The notes: generated by a model not told the origin, from the letters alone. Positions 52,750 to 62,549 are shown, counted from the stretch's first letter. The stretch is DNA of 64,000 nucleotides from Candidatus Lustribacter sp. (GCA_965277805.1 OZ255842.1:1728001-1792000), one strand, 5' to 3'. Numbers and translations are program-made.

Positions 52750-54210
52750 TTACCGCAGTAGCTGAACCGACTGTGGTTGTCCGCCGCGCGAGACGGACTG
52801 CGTAAGCGTTCCTGTCAACGACACGTCGTCATAGTACGCGTAGCCGTAGAACGTGGTCGACGTCGACGTTCCCATGATTCCTATGAACAACGTCATCGCC
52901 TGACCCGCGTAGGCTGTGAGGTCATACGGGCCTTTCTGTTTCCAGACACCTCCCTGAACCGCGGCGCCGCTCGGCGGCAAGCAGTCGGCCATCGGTGGTG
53001 CGAAGCTTGTGGGTTTGTTGAGGTTGTCGTAACAGTTGTCTTCAAGGAACAGGATCTTCGAGGGAGCCGTTGTCGTCGACATTGCCGTCGCACCGCTCGG
53101 GCCGCTCGAGGTGAACGAGCCGGCCGGATAGATTTCGCTTTCGACGTCGTTGCTGTAGAGACTCGAGTAGTTGCCGCCCTCAAATACCCACATCGTGAGC
53201 ATCGGATGGAACGACGGCACGGTGATGTCTTGGCACAGGCCGATGTTGCCCTTGCCGCGCTTCACCGACCCGCTGACGAGTGCGGAGTGTCCGACGAGTG
53301 CAGCATTTGCACCACCGTGCACCGGCGCGGTGCCGGTTCCGCCGGGCGTTCCGCTCGGCACGGACGTCGCGACCGCGAACGCGGTCAGGTCAGGAGAGGT
53401 CGTCGCGCCCGGGGTCGGCGAGGACGCCGGAATCGGAGTCGCGTCCTCATTCGGCGGAATCGGCAGGTTGTCGTCCACCGGACCACTCGGTTGGTGATTC
53501 GCGAAACAGGGATACCACGGTGAGAGCGACGTTGACGACGCCTCGAAGCCGCCGTTGACGATGGCTTGCGGCGAAGCGCCCGGGCTCGGCGAGGCGGTCG
53601 GTGATGGCGACGGCGTCGGCGACGGCGTCGGAGCCACGATCACGGCGCCGGTGTAGACCGCAATAAACATCGATGCGCCGGCCGCCAGCGAGATCGACGG
53701 GCTAAATGTTACCGCACCAAACGTGACGGTGTTGCCCGATACAGTTCCGGCGGATCCGATCGTTTGCCATGCGGAGGTCGCTGGATTGAAGTAGGCGAGA
53801 AAGACCGAGCCCGTCGGTGCGTTCGAAAACGTGAAGCTCGACGACGGGAAACCCGTAATCGTCGCGGCTGCCGACGCGGTGATTGAAAGATAAACGAGCG
53901 CCGTATTCGCCGTCGCCGCTTCAGGTTTCACCGACTGCGTCGTGGTGCCGCTTGCGCGGGCGACGTTCTGAATGGCGGGTGCACTGCCCGGAGGCGTGGA
54001 GCTCTCGGCGGCGTTGACGTTACCGCTACCGGTAATCGTGACGGTGCTCGTGATACCGCTGACGCCGGTGCCCGTCACAGCTGCGCCGGTCGTCGTCAGA
54101 CCCGTGCCGTGCGGCAACGGATCCTGTACGGTCGTACCGGGCGGGCCGCTACACGACGCAACGCCGATCGCGAGAACGGCCGTGAACACAGCCAAGTGCT
54201 TCAAAAACAC
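52750..54210 (-). CDS. Ser/Thr/Pro-rich lipoprotein with shared N-terminal beta domain and jelly-roll/CBM-like C-terminal domain
   Basis: GGAGG RBS and GTG start; lipobox VASC; PTPSPTPSPSP linker; IVNGGFE...YDLTAYAGQ...YYDDVSL. Confidence 0.75.
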   Translation of the reverse strand: MFLKHLAVFTAVLAIGVASCSGPPGTTVQDPLPHGTGLTTTGAAVTGTGVSGITSTVTITGSGNVNAAESSTPPGSAPAIQNVARASGTTTQSVKPEAATANTALVYLSITASAAATITGFPSSSFTFSNAPTGSVFLAYFNPATSAWQTIGSAGTVSGNTVTFGAVTFSPSISLAAGASMFIAVYTGAVIVAPTPSPTPSPSPTASPSPGASPQAIVNGGFEASSTSLSPWYPCFANHQPSGPVDDNLPIPPNEDATPIPASSPTPGATTSPDLTAFAVATSVPSGTPGGTGTAPVHGGANAALVGHSALVSGSVKRGKGNIGLCQDITVPSFHPMLTMWVFEGGNYSSLYSNDVESEIYPAGSFTSSGPSGATAMSTTTAPSKILFLEDNCYDNLNKPTSFAPPMADCLPPSGAAVQGGVWKQKGPYDLTAYAGQAMTLFIGIMGTSTSTTFYGYAYYDDVSLTGTLTQSVSRGGQPQSVQLLR

Positions 54211-54226
54211 CGCCAACCTCCATGCC

Positions 54227-54263
54227 AAAAAAAAGCAAAATCCAGGGCGGCACGAGTCCGCCC
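54227..54263 (-). terminator. Hairpin plus U-tract immediately upstream of the lipoprotein RBS (terminator/attenuator)
   Basis: Minus strand GGGCGG-actcgtg-CCGCCC followed by TGGATTTTGCTTTTTTTT. Confidence 0.55.
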
Positions 54264-54375
54264 GTCCCAGCCTTCGCCCAGCAGTCGTTAAATATCTACT
54301 GCCCGAGCGCACTCTTTGGCCAAACTTAAGGTCCCCGGCCGCGCTTAAGGCGGTGTTAACTTATAAGTCTTCGGC

Positions 54376-55026
54376 TCAGGGCAGCGGCAGCAGTGAGGCC
54401 GGGGGCGTGATCGCGGTGTCGGCGTTTTCAGGCACGCCGGAATCCACCAGCTGCCGGTACTGTATGAGACGGTCGGTGAGGCGTGTGACCTGCGCGCTGA
54501 GCTCATAGCTCTGCTGGATCGCCTGGGTCAGTTCGCTCGAATCGTACGTATAATCGAAGCGGTGCAGTGTGGTCGCGATGTCCTGCGCTTGGGTGCGTAG
54601 CAGCACAAACGAGCGCCGCAGCCCCGATCCCGTCGTACGATACGAGGGGTAGTTGGATACGACGATATCACGCTTGACCTCGGCCTGCTCGACCTGCGCG
54701 CGGAGCGCTTCGATCCGGGGGTCGCCCGGCGCGTAGTGGTTCGCAACGTCCAGCGCGCGGACGGCATCCTCGAACCGCGAGGCAGTGAACAGCGATTGTG
54801 CGATCCGCGCTTGCACGGCGACGAGCCCGGCGCGCGCGTGCGAATTCGTCGGGTCGACGCGCAGCGCCAACTGGTAGGCGATCGATGCGTCGGCCGAGTT
54901 GCCGTGATTGAGCGCGACGTCACCTTGATGATTGCGCGTCTGCACGATCCACGTCGTGATCGTCGACGCGCAGCCGGTCGTGCTCACGAGAACCGAAAAT
55001 AACAGGGCCAACCACCAGTGACGCAT
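54376..55026 (-). CDS. TPR-like helical lipoprotein
   Basis: Lipobox TTGC; AYQLALRVDPTNSHARAGL TPR-like motif. Confidence 0.7.
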   Translation of the reverse strand: MRHWWLALLFSVLVSTTGCASTITTWIVQTRNHQGDVALNHGNSADASIAYQLALRVDPTNSHARAGLVAVQARIAQSLFTASRFEDAVRALDVANHYAPGDPRIEALRAQVEQAEVKRDIVVSNYPSYRTTGSGLRRSFVLLRTQAQDIATTLHRFDYTYDSSELTQAIQQSYELSAQVTRLTDRLIQYRQLVDSGVPENADTAITPPASLLPLP

Positions 55027-55036
55027 CGAAATGCTC

Positions 55037-55906
55037 CTACGAATGACGGGACGAAACGAAGATGTGCGCGGCCTGGGCGATGAGCCAGGCCCCGGGCCAA
55101 AGGATGAGCTGCGAGAGAATTGTGCCGGCAATCGCGGTCACGGCTAGATAAAAGATCAACGAACGAACTTCGCCCAAGGTTCGCTCGCCCTTCGCGGCTT
55201 GGTCGGTGATGATCGCGCTCGTCGGGTCGACCAGCAGGGTGAACGCGATCGTTCCGATGCCGTTGATGATGCCGGAGAGCCCGACCGCCGTGGTCCGCGC
55301 GGCCAGGTTGAGCACGCTGGCATAATACGCCGCCAGGACCCCGATCGAATACACCGCGGTCACGAGCACGTTCGCGATCAGCAGCTTGCGCGGAACGTGC
55401 GCGATCGAGAAGCTGCGCGCGATAGAAATATCGGGGAAACGGAGCGATCCGGCGACCTCGCGCATCACGCCGATGTCGGCGAGACGCATGACGGCCTTTA
55501 GCACCGATCCCTGGCGCTCGAACGAGCCGATGCCGCGCACGAACATGAAGATGAACGTCGGCATCAGCATCAGGCCGACCGTCGTGCCGATGGTGCCCGA
55601 GAACACGACCAGCCGCAGCTGTAACGCGAACACGTCGACGAGATGGGGCGTTGCCACGGTGAGGTGATGACGCAGCGCGTCATTGGCGGTCGCGTCGGCA
55701 AGCCCGCCGAGCGCCGGCGTGACGATCAGCGTTGCCAGGCGGCTCGCGGTCATCACGAGGTTGAAGAGCGAAATCGCCGTAGCGATCCGGCCGGTCTTCA
55801 CGCCTGCATAACGCGCGGCGTATGCGCCAATCTGCAGCGCCTGCACGAGGCCGTTCAGCAGCATGGCGATCAGCAGGTTCGGTACGAACACTTCCGCCGC
55901 GCCCAT
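55037..55906 (-). CDS. amj: Lipid II flippase Amj family (DUF2837)
   Basis: AYAARYAGVKTGRIA, SLFN...SR, YSIGVL, LSGIINGIGTI, VDP, GTILSQ. Confidence 0.82.
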   Translation of the reverse strand: MGAAEVFVPNLLIAMLLNGLVQALQIGAYAARYAGVKTGRIATAISLFNLVMTASRLATLIVTPALGGLADATANDALRHHLTVATPHLVDVFALQLRLVVFSGTIGTTVGLMLMPTFIFMFVRGIGSFERQGSVLKAVMRLADIGVMREVAGSLRFPDISIARSFSIAHVPRKLLIANVLVTAVYSIGVLAAYYASVLNLAARTTAVGLSGIINGIGTIAFTLLVDPTSAIITDQAAKGERTLGEVRSLIFYLAVTAIAGTILSQLILWPGAWLIAQAAHIFVSSRHS

Positions 55907-55911
55907 CGAAC

Positions 55912-57168
55912 TTATACCACGTTGCGGCGGCGCAGCCGGACCGCGTCCGGCTCGAGCGGACCCAGCACGCACAGTCCCCGTTCGGTCGCGAAAAGTTCGC
56001 GCGCGAGCGCGTCGACGTCGGCGACTTCGACCGCATCGAACCGTTCTTCCACTTCTTCTGCCGAGATTTGGCGTCCGTGCACGATTGCGTTGCGCGCGAG
56101 GCGCGACATGCGGCTCGACGTGCTCTCGAGCGCGAGCGTCATGTTGCCCTTGAGCTGCTCGCGTGCGCGCGCCACTTCATCCGGTGTCACGCCGCCGTCG
56201 ATCAGGCCGTCGATCTCATCAACGATCACGTCGACGCATTCCTGAACCCGGTCGGGCGACGTGCCCGCGCTCACGCCGAACAAGCCGGCGGCACGGTACG
56301 CTTGCTGAAACGACGAGACTTCGTATGCGAGCCCGCGCTCTTCGCGCACTTCCTGAAAGAGCCGGCTCGACATCCCGCCGCCGAGGATCGTATCGAGCAC
56401 CGAGAGCGTGTAGCGCCGTTCGTCGCGCATCGAGAGCCCCGGCATACCGAGCATCACGTACGCTTGTTCCGTGTCGTCGTGCGTCACGTTGATCGCGGGC
56501 CGGAAGGCCGGCTGTTCGGGTTGCGGCACCCGCGCTTGGCCGCTGAACTCGGCGAAGGCCTCGCCCAAACGCGCGGCGAGGTCGTCGTGGTCGAGGTTTC
56601 CGGCCGCGGCGATCAGCACGGTGCCGGGTGCATAGCGTTCGCGGTGCCAGGCAGCAAGCACGTCGCGGTCGATGGCCGCGACGGTATGCGCGAAGCCGAT
56701 CGTCGGATCGCCGAGATTCGCGCCGCGCCAGAGCGTGCGCGTGAACGCATCGTTGATGACCTCGTCGGGCGAGTCATCGTACATCTTGATCTCTTCGAGC
56801 ACCACATCGCGTTCTTTGCGCAACTCATCGGCATCGAGCACGGAATGCAAGAACATATCCGAGAGCACGTCGACTGCGACCGGCAGATGCTTGTCCATCA
56901 CGTGTGCGTAGAACACGGTGAGTTCTTTGTCGGTCGCGGCGTTGAGGTTGCCGCCGACGGCGTCCATCTCTTCGGCGATCCGGCGCGCGCTGCGGCGCGC
57001 CGTACCTTTGAACAGCATGTGTTCGAGCAGGTGCGAGATGCCGCGGCGTTCGGGCGGCTCTTCCGACGAGCCGACTTCGGCGAAGATGCCGAGCGTCGCC
57101 GAGCGCACGTGCGACATCGATTCCGTCAACAGCCGCACGCCGCCGGGCAGCACGCTCTCGCGAATCAT
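55912..57168 (-). CDS. M16 family zinc peptidase
   Basis: GISHLLEHMLFKGT (HxxEH), GGNLNAAT, LGGGMSSRLFQEVREERGLAY; ATGA overlap. Confidence 0.93.
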   Translation of the reverse strand: MIRESVLPGGVRLLTESMSHVRSATLGIFAEVGSSEEPPERRGISHLLEHMLFKGTARRSARRIAEEMDAVGGNLNAATDKELTVFYAHVMDKHLPVAVDVLSDMFLHSVLDADELRKERDVVLEEIKMYDDSPDEVINDAFTRTLWRGANLGDPTIGFAHTVAAIDRDVLAAWHRERYAPGTVLIAAAGNLDHDDLAARLGEAFAEFSGQARVPQPEQPAFRPAINVTHDDTEQAYVMLGMPGLSMRDERRYTLSVLDTILGGGMSSRLFQEVREERGLAYEVSSFQQAYRAAGLFGVSAGTSPDRVQECVDVIVDEIDGLIDGGVTPDEVARAREQLKGNMTLALESTSSRMSRLARNAIVHGRQISAEEVEERFDAVEVADVDALARELFATERGLCVLGPLEPDAVRLRRRNVV

Positions 57169-57692
57169 CCGTTGGACCCGCCGGCCAGCTCGCTGCGAAA
57201 CTTCGGGTCCCAGAAGACGTTGGCATTGCCGCTCGGCGAGCCCGTCAGCACGCGCGGCACGGTCGTTGCAAAGACCGTGGCCGATGAGGGCATCGCGAAG
57301 TCGCCGCTCACGACCGCGCCCTTGCCCGCGTCCGCCGGAACCGTCACCCAGAGATCGACCTCGGCGATCGCCGGATCGACGGCGAACGCGCCGCTGACCA
57401 GCGCATCGACCTCGGCGCGAAAGGCGGCGGTGTCGACGCGCCGGTGAAACTTCACCCCCGAGAGCGTCAAACCGCAAAAGCTTGCCGCAGCGGTGCGCTC
57501 GCAACGAACGCGCGTGAGCTGCAGATCGAGCGGACGCGCCAAGAGCGCGTGCGCGATTCGCTGCGCCAACGCGCGATCGCCGCCGGCCGAGCGTCCGACG
57601 GCGCGGTAATCCACCGCCGCCGACGCCACGGCGGTGCTCAGCCCGAAGACGAGTGTCGCCAACGCGACGCCGAGTCTAGTAGCTTTGCGCAA
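57165..57692 (-). CDS. Secreted hypothetical protein
   Basis: Signal-like N-terminus; CGLTLSGVKFH, EVDLW and VVSGD segments; TTG start overlapping the end of proS (inferred). Confidence 0.6.
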   Translation of the reverse strand: MRKATRLGVALATLVFGLSTAVASAAVDYRAVGRSAGGDRALAQRIAHALLARPLDLQLTRVRCERTAAASFCGLTLSGVKFHRRVDTAAFRAEVDALVSGAFAVDPAIAEVDLWVTVPADAGKGAVVSGDFAMPSSATVFATTVPRVLTGSPSGNANVFWDPKFRSELAGGSNG

Positions 57693-59121
57693 AGTAGGCC
57701 TGAGCCGTGGCCGGCTCGCCGCAGGCGACGCAGGTAGCACTCTGCGCCGGCCTACGCAGATTACGCGAGGTTGCGCTCGTCGCTTCCTTGATCGCCGCTT
57801 CGCACTCGGGACGCTCGCACCACGCGATGTCGATCATCCCCGCGCGCTCCTCGAGCAAACGCAAGAATTCGACGCGATCGCCGGTCGAGATCGTATGCGA
57901 CTCCAAGTACGCTTTGGCTTGGCTGAAAAGCGAGGCTTGAATCTCCTCGAGCACGGCCGGGATCTCGGCCACGATCGCATCGAGCGGCACCGTGCGCTTC
58001 TGACCTTCTTCTTTAAATGCGCGATCGCGTCGTACGAGCGTGGCAACGCCGCCCTCGAGATCGCGCGCGCCGAGCTCGATGCGCAACGGCACGCCGCGCA
58101 TGTCCCACTCGTTGAACTTGAAGCCGGGCGATTGGCCTTCGCGATCGTCGAGCTTCACCCGAAGTCCGGCTTTCTTGCACGCCGTGAACAAACCGCGCGC
58201 CGCGTCGAGCACGGCCGTCCCGTCGCCGCGCACGATCGGCACGATCACAACCTCGATCGGCGCCATCTTCGGCGGCATGCGCAGCCCGCGATCGTCGCCG
58301 TGCACCATGATCAGCGCGCCAAGCATGCGCCACGACATGCCCCACGACGTCGTCCACGCGAACTGCTGCGTCTGATCTTCGGCCTGGAACGAGATGTCAT
58401 AAGCGCGCGAAAAGTTCTGACCGAGCTCGTGCGAGGTGCCGGCCTGGAGCGCCTTGCCGTCGGGCATCAGCGCTTCGATCGAATACGTGTGGTTTGCGCC
58501 GGCGAAACGTTCGCTCGCGCTCTTCTCACCGAGGTACACCGGAACAGCGGCGACGTTCTCCGCGACGTCGCGATAGACGTCGAGCATGCGCGCCACTTCT
58601 TCGGCCGCTTCTTGCTCGGTCGCGTGCGCGGTGTGGCCTTCTTGCCACAAGAACTCGAGCGTTCGCAAGAACGGTCGCGTACGCTTTTCCCAGCGCAGCA
58701 CGTTGGCCCACTGATTGATGAGGATCGGCAGATCGCGGTAGGACTGCACCCACTCGGCGTACATCGTCCCAATGATCACTTCAGACGTGGGCCGGATCGC
58801 GAGCCGCTCGGTCAACTTTTCACCGCCGCCTTCGGTGACCCAGGCGACTTCGGGCGCGAAGCCCTCGACGTGCTCGGCTTCGCGCACGAGCAGCGACTCC
58901 GGGATCAGCAGCGGAAAGTAGGCGTTCTCGTGGCCCGTTTCTTTGAAGCGCCGATCGAGCTCGGCTTGCAGCCGCTCCCAGAGCCCGTAGCCATAGGGTC
59001 GCAGCACGAGGCAACCCCGCACCGGGGCCTGCGATACCAGTTCGGCGCGGTAGCAGATCGCCTGATACCATTCGGAGAGATCGGCGGCTTTGGGCGGGAT
59101 ATCACGGACGAGTTCGGGCAC
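57676..59121 (-). CDS. proS: Proline--tRNA ligase (archaeal/eukaryote-type)
   Basis: EAEHVEGFAPE, RPTSE, WQEGHT, QAGTSHELGQNF, TSWG, HGDDRGL, Cys-containing C-terminus ending YFAQSY. Confidence 0.97.
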   Translation of the reverse strand: MPELVRDIPPKAADLSEWYQAICYRAELVSQAPVRGCLVLRPYGYGLWERLQAELDRRFKETGHENAYFPLLIPESLLVREAEHVEGFAPEVAWVTEGGGEKLTERLAIRPTSEVIIGTMYAEWVQSYRDLPILINQWANVLRWEKRTRPFLRTLEFLWQEGHTAHATEQEAAEEVARMLDVYRDVAENVAAVPVYLGEKSASERFAGANHTYSIEALMPDGKALQAGTSHELGQNFSRAYDISFQAEDQTQQFAWTTSWGMSWRMLGALIMVHGDDRGLRMPPKMAPIEVVIVPIVRGDGTAVLDAARGLFTACKKAGLRVKLDDREGQSPGFKFNEWDMRGVPLRIELGARDLEGGVATLVRRDRAFKEEGQKRTVPLDAIVAEIPAVLEEIQASLFSQAKAYLESHTISTGDRVEFLRLLEERAGMIDIAWCERPECEAAIKEATSATSRNLRRPAQSATCVACGEPATAQAYFAQSY

Positions 59122-59189
59122 GACCCATCCGAATTCTAAGACACCGACCCGCTCCCTTTAGCGGAAAGCCCGCATCACGCGGGCACGTG

Positions 59190-59723
59190 CTAAGACTGGC
59201 GGCGCGCGCGAACGATTCGGATGCTGATCGTCGAGCCTTGCGGGATCAACACGTTTTGGCGATTGTTCCCCGCGATGGCCGCGCCAGCGCCGGCGCCGAG
59301 CAGCGCACCGATACCGTGTCCGAGCAGGCCGCCGACGAGGGCGCCCGCCGCGGCGCCGCCGACCGTCTTGCCGGCATTGCTCTTCGTCTGAAGGTCGACG
59401 TTCTCGGTGTAGGCGCTGATCTGATAGACGGCGCCCGAGCGCGTGTTCACCTTGTCGTAGGCGAGCGTGATTTTACCGTTCGTGCCTTGTCCGGCGGCTT
59501 GAACTGCAGCCACATGGCCATAGATCGTCGCCCCGTTGATGTCGTAGTTCGACGAGTGCGCGTTCGAAATCGTGAACGGCTGGCCCACCTGAACGTGGTT
59601 TGAGCTGAGGTTGGCGTCGAAGGTTCCGGTCAGGGTTGTGCCCGGGCTAAGCTGCGCCAGCGCTGCGATCGGCAGCACCGCAAACAGGATACCGGCAAAT
59701 AGGGTAGTCAGTGTACGGCCCAT
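59190..59723 (-). CDS. Secreted protein with glycine-zipper motif
   Basis: Signal peptide ending ALA; GGAAAGALVGGLLGHGIGALLGAGAGAA; GAGGAG RBS. Confidence 0.75.
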   Translation of the reverse strand: MGRTLTTLFAGILFAVLPIAALAQLSPGTTLTGTFDANLSSNHVQVGQPFTISNAHSSNYDINGATIYGHVAAVQAAGQGTNGKITLAYDKVNTRSGAVYQISAYTENVDLQTKSNAGKTVGGAAAGALVGGLLGHGIGALLGAGAGAAIAGNNRQNVLIPQGSTISIRIVRARRQS

Positions 59724-59759
59724 GGAATACTCCTCGGTAGTGGCGAACCGCTTGTGTTC

Positions 59760-60383
59760 ATGCCCAAATTAACGCGGATCTACACGCGCACGGGGGACGA
59801 CGGGACGACCGGTCTCGTCGGGGGGCAGCGCGTCAAGAAGAACGATCTGCGGATCGAAGCCTATGGTTGCGTGGACGAGCTGTCCAGCGCGATCGGCGTG
59901 GCGCGTTCGGCGCTCGCCGACGTTGCGCGAACGCGGCAAGTTCAGGATATCGCGCGCGCGCTGCGGGTCACGCACCAGCTCGATGCGTGGCTCGCGTGGA
60001 CGCAAGACGTCCTCTTCAATCTCGGCAGCGATTTGGCGACGCTCCCGGATGACCGCTGGGAAGGTATGCCCCTGATCACATCCGCCGACGCCGTCGCGCT
60101 CGAACGCGCGATCGATGCCGCGGAAGCTGATCTCGAACCGCTCGATACCTTCATTCTTCCGGGCGGATCGTACCCCGGCGCATTTCTCCATGTTGCGCGC
60201 ACGATCGCGCGGCGGGCGGAGCGTTTGCTGATTTCGCTGCGCGAACGCGAGGCGGTTTCCGACGACGTGATGCGCTACGTCAACCGTCTTTCCGATGCGC
60301 TCTTCGTGTGGTCGCGCTGGATCAACGCCGCCCTCGATCAACCCGAACACCGCTGGAACGCCGCAACAAAACCGCCACTCTAG
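59760..60383 (+). CDS. PduO-type cob(I)alamin adenosyltransferase
   Basis: RIYTRTGDDGTT, AYGCVDEL, FILPGG, RTIARRAER, YVNRLSDALF. Confidence 0.94.
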   Translation: MPKLTRIYTRTGDDGTTGLVGGQRVKKNDLRIEAYGCVDELSSAIGVARSALADVARTRQVQDIARALRVTHQLDAWLAWTQDVLFNLGSDLATLPDDRWEGMPLITSADAVALERAIDAAEADLEPLDTFILPGGSYPGAFLHVARTIARRAERLLISLREREAVSDDVMRYVNRLSDALFVWSRWINAALDQPEHRWNAATKPPL

Positions 60384-60913
60384 CTGAGGAGGTGGGCGGT
60401 GCGCATTAGGGCTACGGCGGTTACGGCGTCGGTGATTTCGCCGGCGGCGGCTGCACGCAGCGCTTCGGTGAAGGGCATGCGGACGGCGACGATCGTTTCG
60501 ACGTCTTCGGGATCGGCCGGAACGGCGTGCACGTCGCGCGCGAGAAAGAGGACGATGCCTTCTTGCACGATGGAGGGAATCTCGTAGGTGATTCCGAGAT
60601 CGTCCCAGCGCGTCGCCTCGAGGCCCAGTTCTTCACGCAACTCGCGGGCCGCGGCAGCTTGCGCCGTTTCATCCGGCTCGGCGCCGCCTTTGACGATCTC
60701 CAACACCATGCGATCGATCGCGTAGCGCGCCTGACGCGTTAGGACGACTTCGTCGCCATCGAGCACGAGCACGCCGCTCGCCCGCGGGGTAACCACCACG
60801 CCGTGCTCGCCGGGACGGCCGTTCGGGTGCACCATGTCGTGCGCCTCGAAACGCAGCCAAGCATTTTCGTACGTCGTGCGCCGGCTGTTGCGCACATAGC
60901 CCGGATCACTCAC
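60380..60913 (-). CDS. NUDIX hydrolase (ADP-ribose pyrophosphatase-like)
   Basis: Nudix box GGAEPDETAQAAAARELREELGL; QARY; GEITDA. Confidence 0.9.
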   Translation of the reverse strand: MSDPGYVRNSRRTTYENAWLRFEAHDMVHPNGRPGEHGVVVTPRASGVLVLDGDEVVLTRQARYAIDRMVLEIVKGGAEPDETAQAAAARELREELGLEATRWDDLGITYEIPSIVQEGIVLFLARDVHAVPADPEDVETIVAVRMPFTEALRAAAAGEITDAVTAVALMRTAHLLS

Positions 60914-62459
60914 CGATCGGCACGTGCGCGGGTGCGCCGCCCTTCTTCGGCCGCCGAATCAGGAAGATCAGCGGAATGCAGACGAAGCTCAAGAGCGCGA
61001 TGGCGTAGTTCACGTCGGCGTACGAGATGATCGCCGACTGCGCGAAGTCGAGCTGCGCGAGCGCCTGCAGCGGCGAGTGCGTGAGGAACTGCTGAATCTG
61101 GGGGTTGGCCAGCGTGATCGAGCCGCCGATGATCGTCGAGTGGAACGATTCGCGCCCGTGCAAGAGCACGGCCAGCGCCGCGACTGAGATCGATCCGCCC
61201 AGTTGCAGCGCGAGCTGCACGAAGGCACCGGCCTTCGGGCCTTCGGTTTGCGAAACCGCACCGAGCACCGCAATCGAAAGCGGAATCCACAAGAGCGCCG
61301 AGCCGATGCCGTTGAGGAAGAGCGGAAGGATGAAGTCGGTGAAGGTTGCGGTCGGTGCGGTAATGCGTGCCTGCAAATACGTCCCGACCGCGGCCGAAAT
61401 GAAACCCGAACCAAGCATGAAGCGCGGATCGACCTTCCCCGTCAGGCGCACGACGATCGGTGTCGCGAGCGCGATCGGGATCGCGCGCATCATGAACAAC
61501 AGGCCGCTGAGCGTCGGCGTCCACCCGAGCGAGCCTTGAGTAAATTGCGGCAACGTGTAGCTCGCGCCGAAGACCGAGACGCCCAGCGAGAGCGCGAGCA
61601 CGGTCCCTGCCCAGACACTGCGATTGCGCAAGATCCGCAAGTCGACCACGGGGTTCGCGGTCTGCGTGAGTTCCCACCACACGAACGTCAGCAACGAAAC
61701 CACGCAGATGACCGAGATCAACAGGATCGTCGAGTCATTGAACCAGTCGTTCTGCTCGCCTTCGGTGAGCACGTACTGGAGCGCCGCGAGCCCGACCGCT
61801 AAGAGACCGAGTCCGACCGCATCGATCGGCGTGCCGCGATTGGCTTTGCTCGGATCGCGCAAAAGTAAGAGCAGCACGATCACGGAAAAGATTCCCGGTA
61901 GAACGTTGATCTCGAAGCACCAGTTCCACGAGAAGTTATCGACCAGGTAGCCGCCGAGCGGCGGGCCGAGCGTCGGCCCCATGATCGCGCCGAGTGCGAA
62001 TATGCCTTGGCTCGCGGGCAATTGCTCCGGCGGGAACGTATCGCGCATGATCGACTGGCCCATCGTGAGCAAGCCGCCGCCGAAAGCGCCCTGCACCGCG
62101 CGCGCCGCGATCAGCGCGGTCAGCGATTCCGACGTTCCGCACAGCACCGAGGCCAGCGTGAAGCCGACGATCGACACCAGAAAATAGTTGCGGCGGCCGA
62201 AGCGGTTCATCAGCCACGGCGTCAGCGGAATGACCACGATGGCCGCGATCACGTAGGCCGTGATCACCCATGTCGCTTCGTCCTGGCTCGCGCCGAGGTT
62301 GCCCTGGATCGTCGGCAGCGCGACGTTGGTGATCGTCGAGTCGAGGGTTTGCATCAGCGCCGCCGCCATCACGCCTGCGACGATCAGCACCCGGCGCAGG
62401 CCATACTCGGTGACATCGGCTTGCGCCCGCTGCGCGGCCGGGGCGGAATTCGTGTTCAT
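60906..62459 (-). CDS. DHA2 (EmrB/QacA) MFS efflux transporter
   Basis: LDSTITNVALP, WVITAY, GPTLGPPLGG, INVLPG, EGEQNDWF. Confidence 0.93.
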   Translation of the reverse strand: MNTNSAPAAQRAQADVTEYGLRRVLIVAGVMAAALMQTLDSTITNVALPTIQGNLGASQDEATWVITAYVIAAIVVIPLTPWLMNRFGRRNYFLVSIVGFTLASVLCGTSESLTALIAARAVQGAFGGGLLTMGQSIMRDTFPPEQLPASQGIFALGAIMGPTLGPPLGGYLVDNFSWNWCFEINVLPGIFSVIVLLLLLRDPSKANRGTPIDAVGLGLLAVGLAALQYVLTEGEQNDWFNDSTILLISVICVVSLLTFVWWELTQTANPVVDLRILRNRSVWAGTVLALSLGVSVFGASYTLPQFTQGSLGWTPTLSGLLFMMRAIPIALATPIVVRLTGKVDPRFMLGSGFISAAVGTYLQARITAPTATFTDFILPLFLNGIGSALLWIPLSIAVLGAVSQTEGPKAGAFVQLALQLGGSISVAALAVLLHGRESFHSTIIGGSITLANPQIQQFLTHSPLQALAQLDFAQSAIISYADVNYAIALLSFVCIPLIFLIRRPKKGGAPAHVPIGE

Positions 62460-62549
62460 GCTCGCTCGGTGCGGTCGCGCCGCAGCGGCGCGCCGAATCA
62501 GACAACGCTCTGCCCCTTACAGAGGTTGCGTCCGGGCGCGGTAAGCGAG

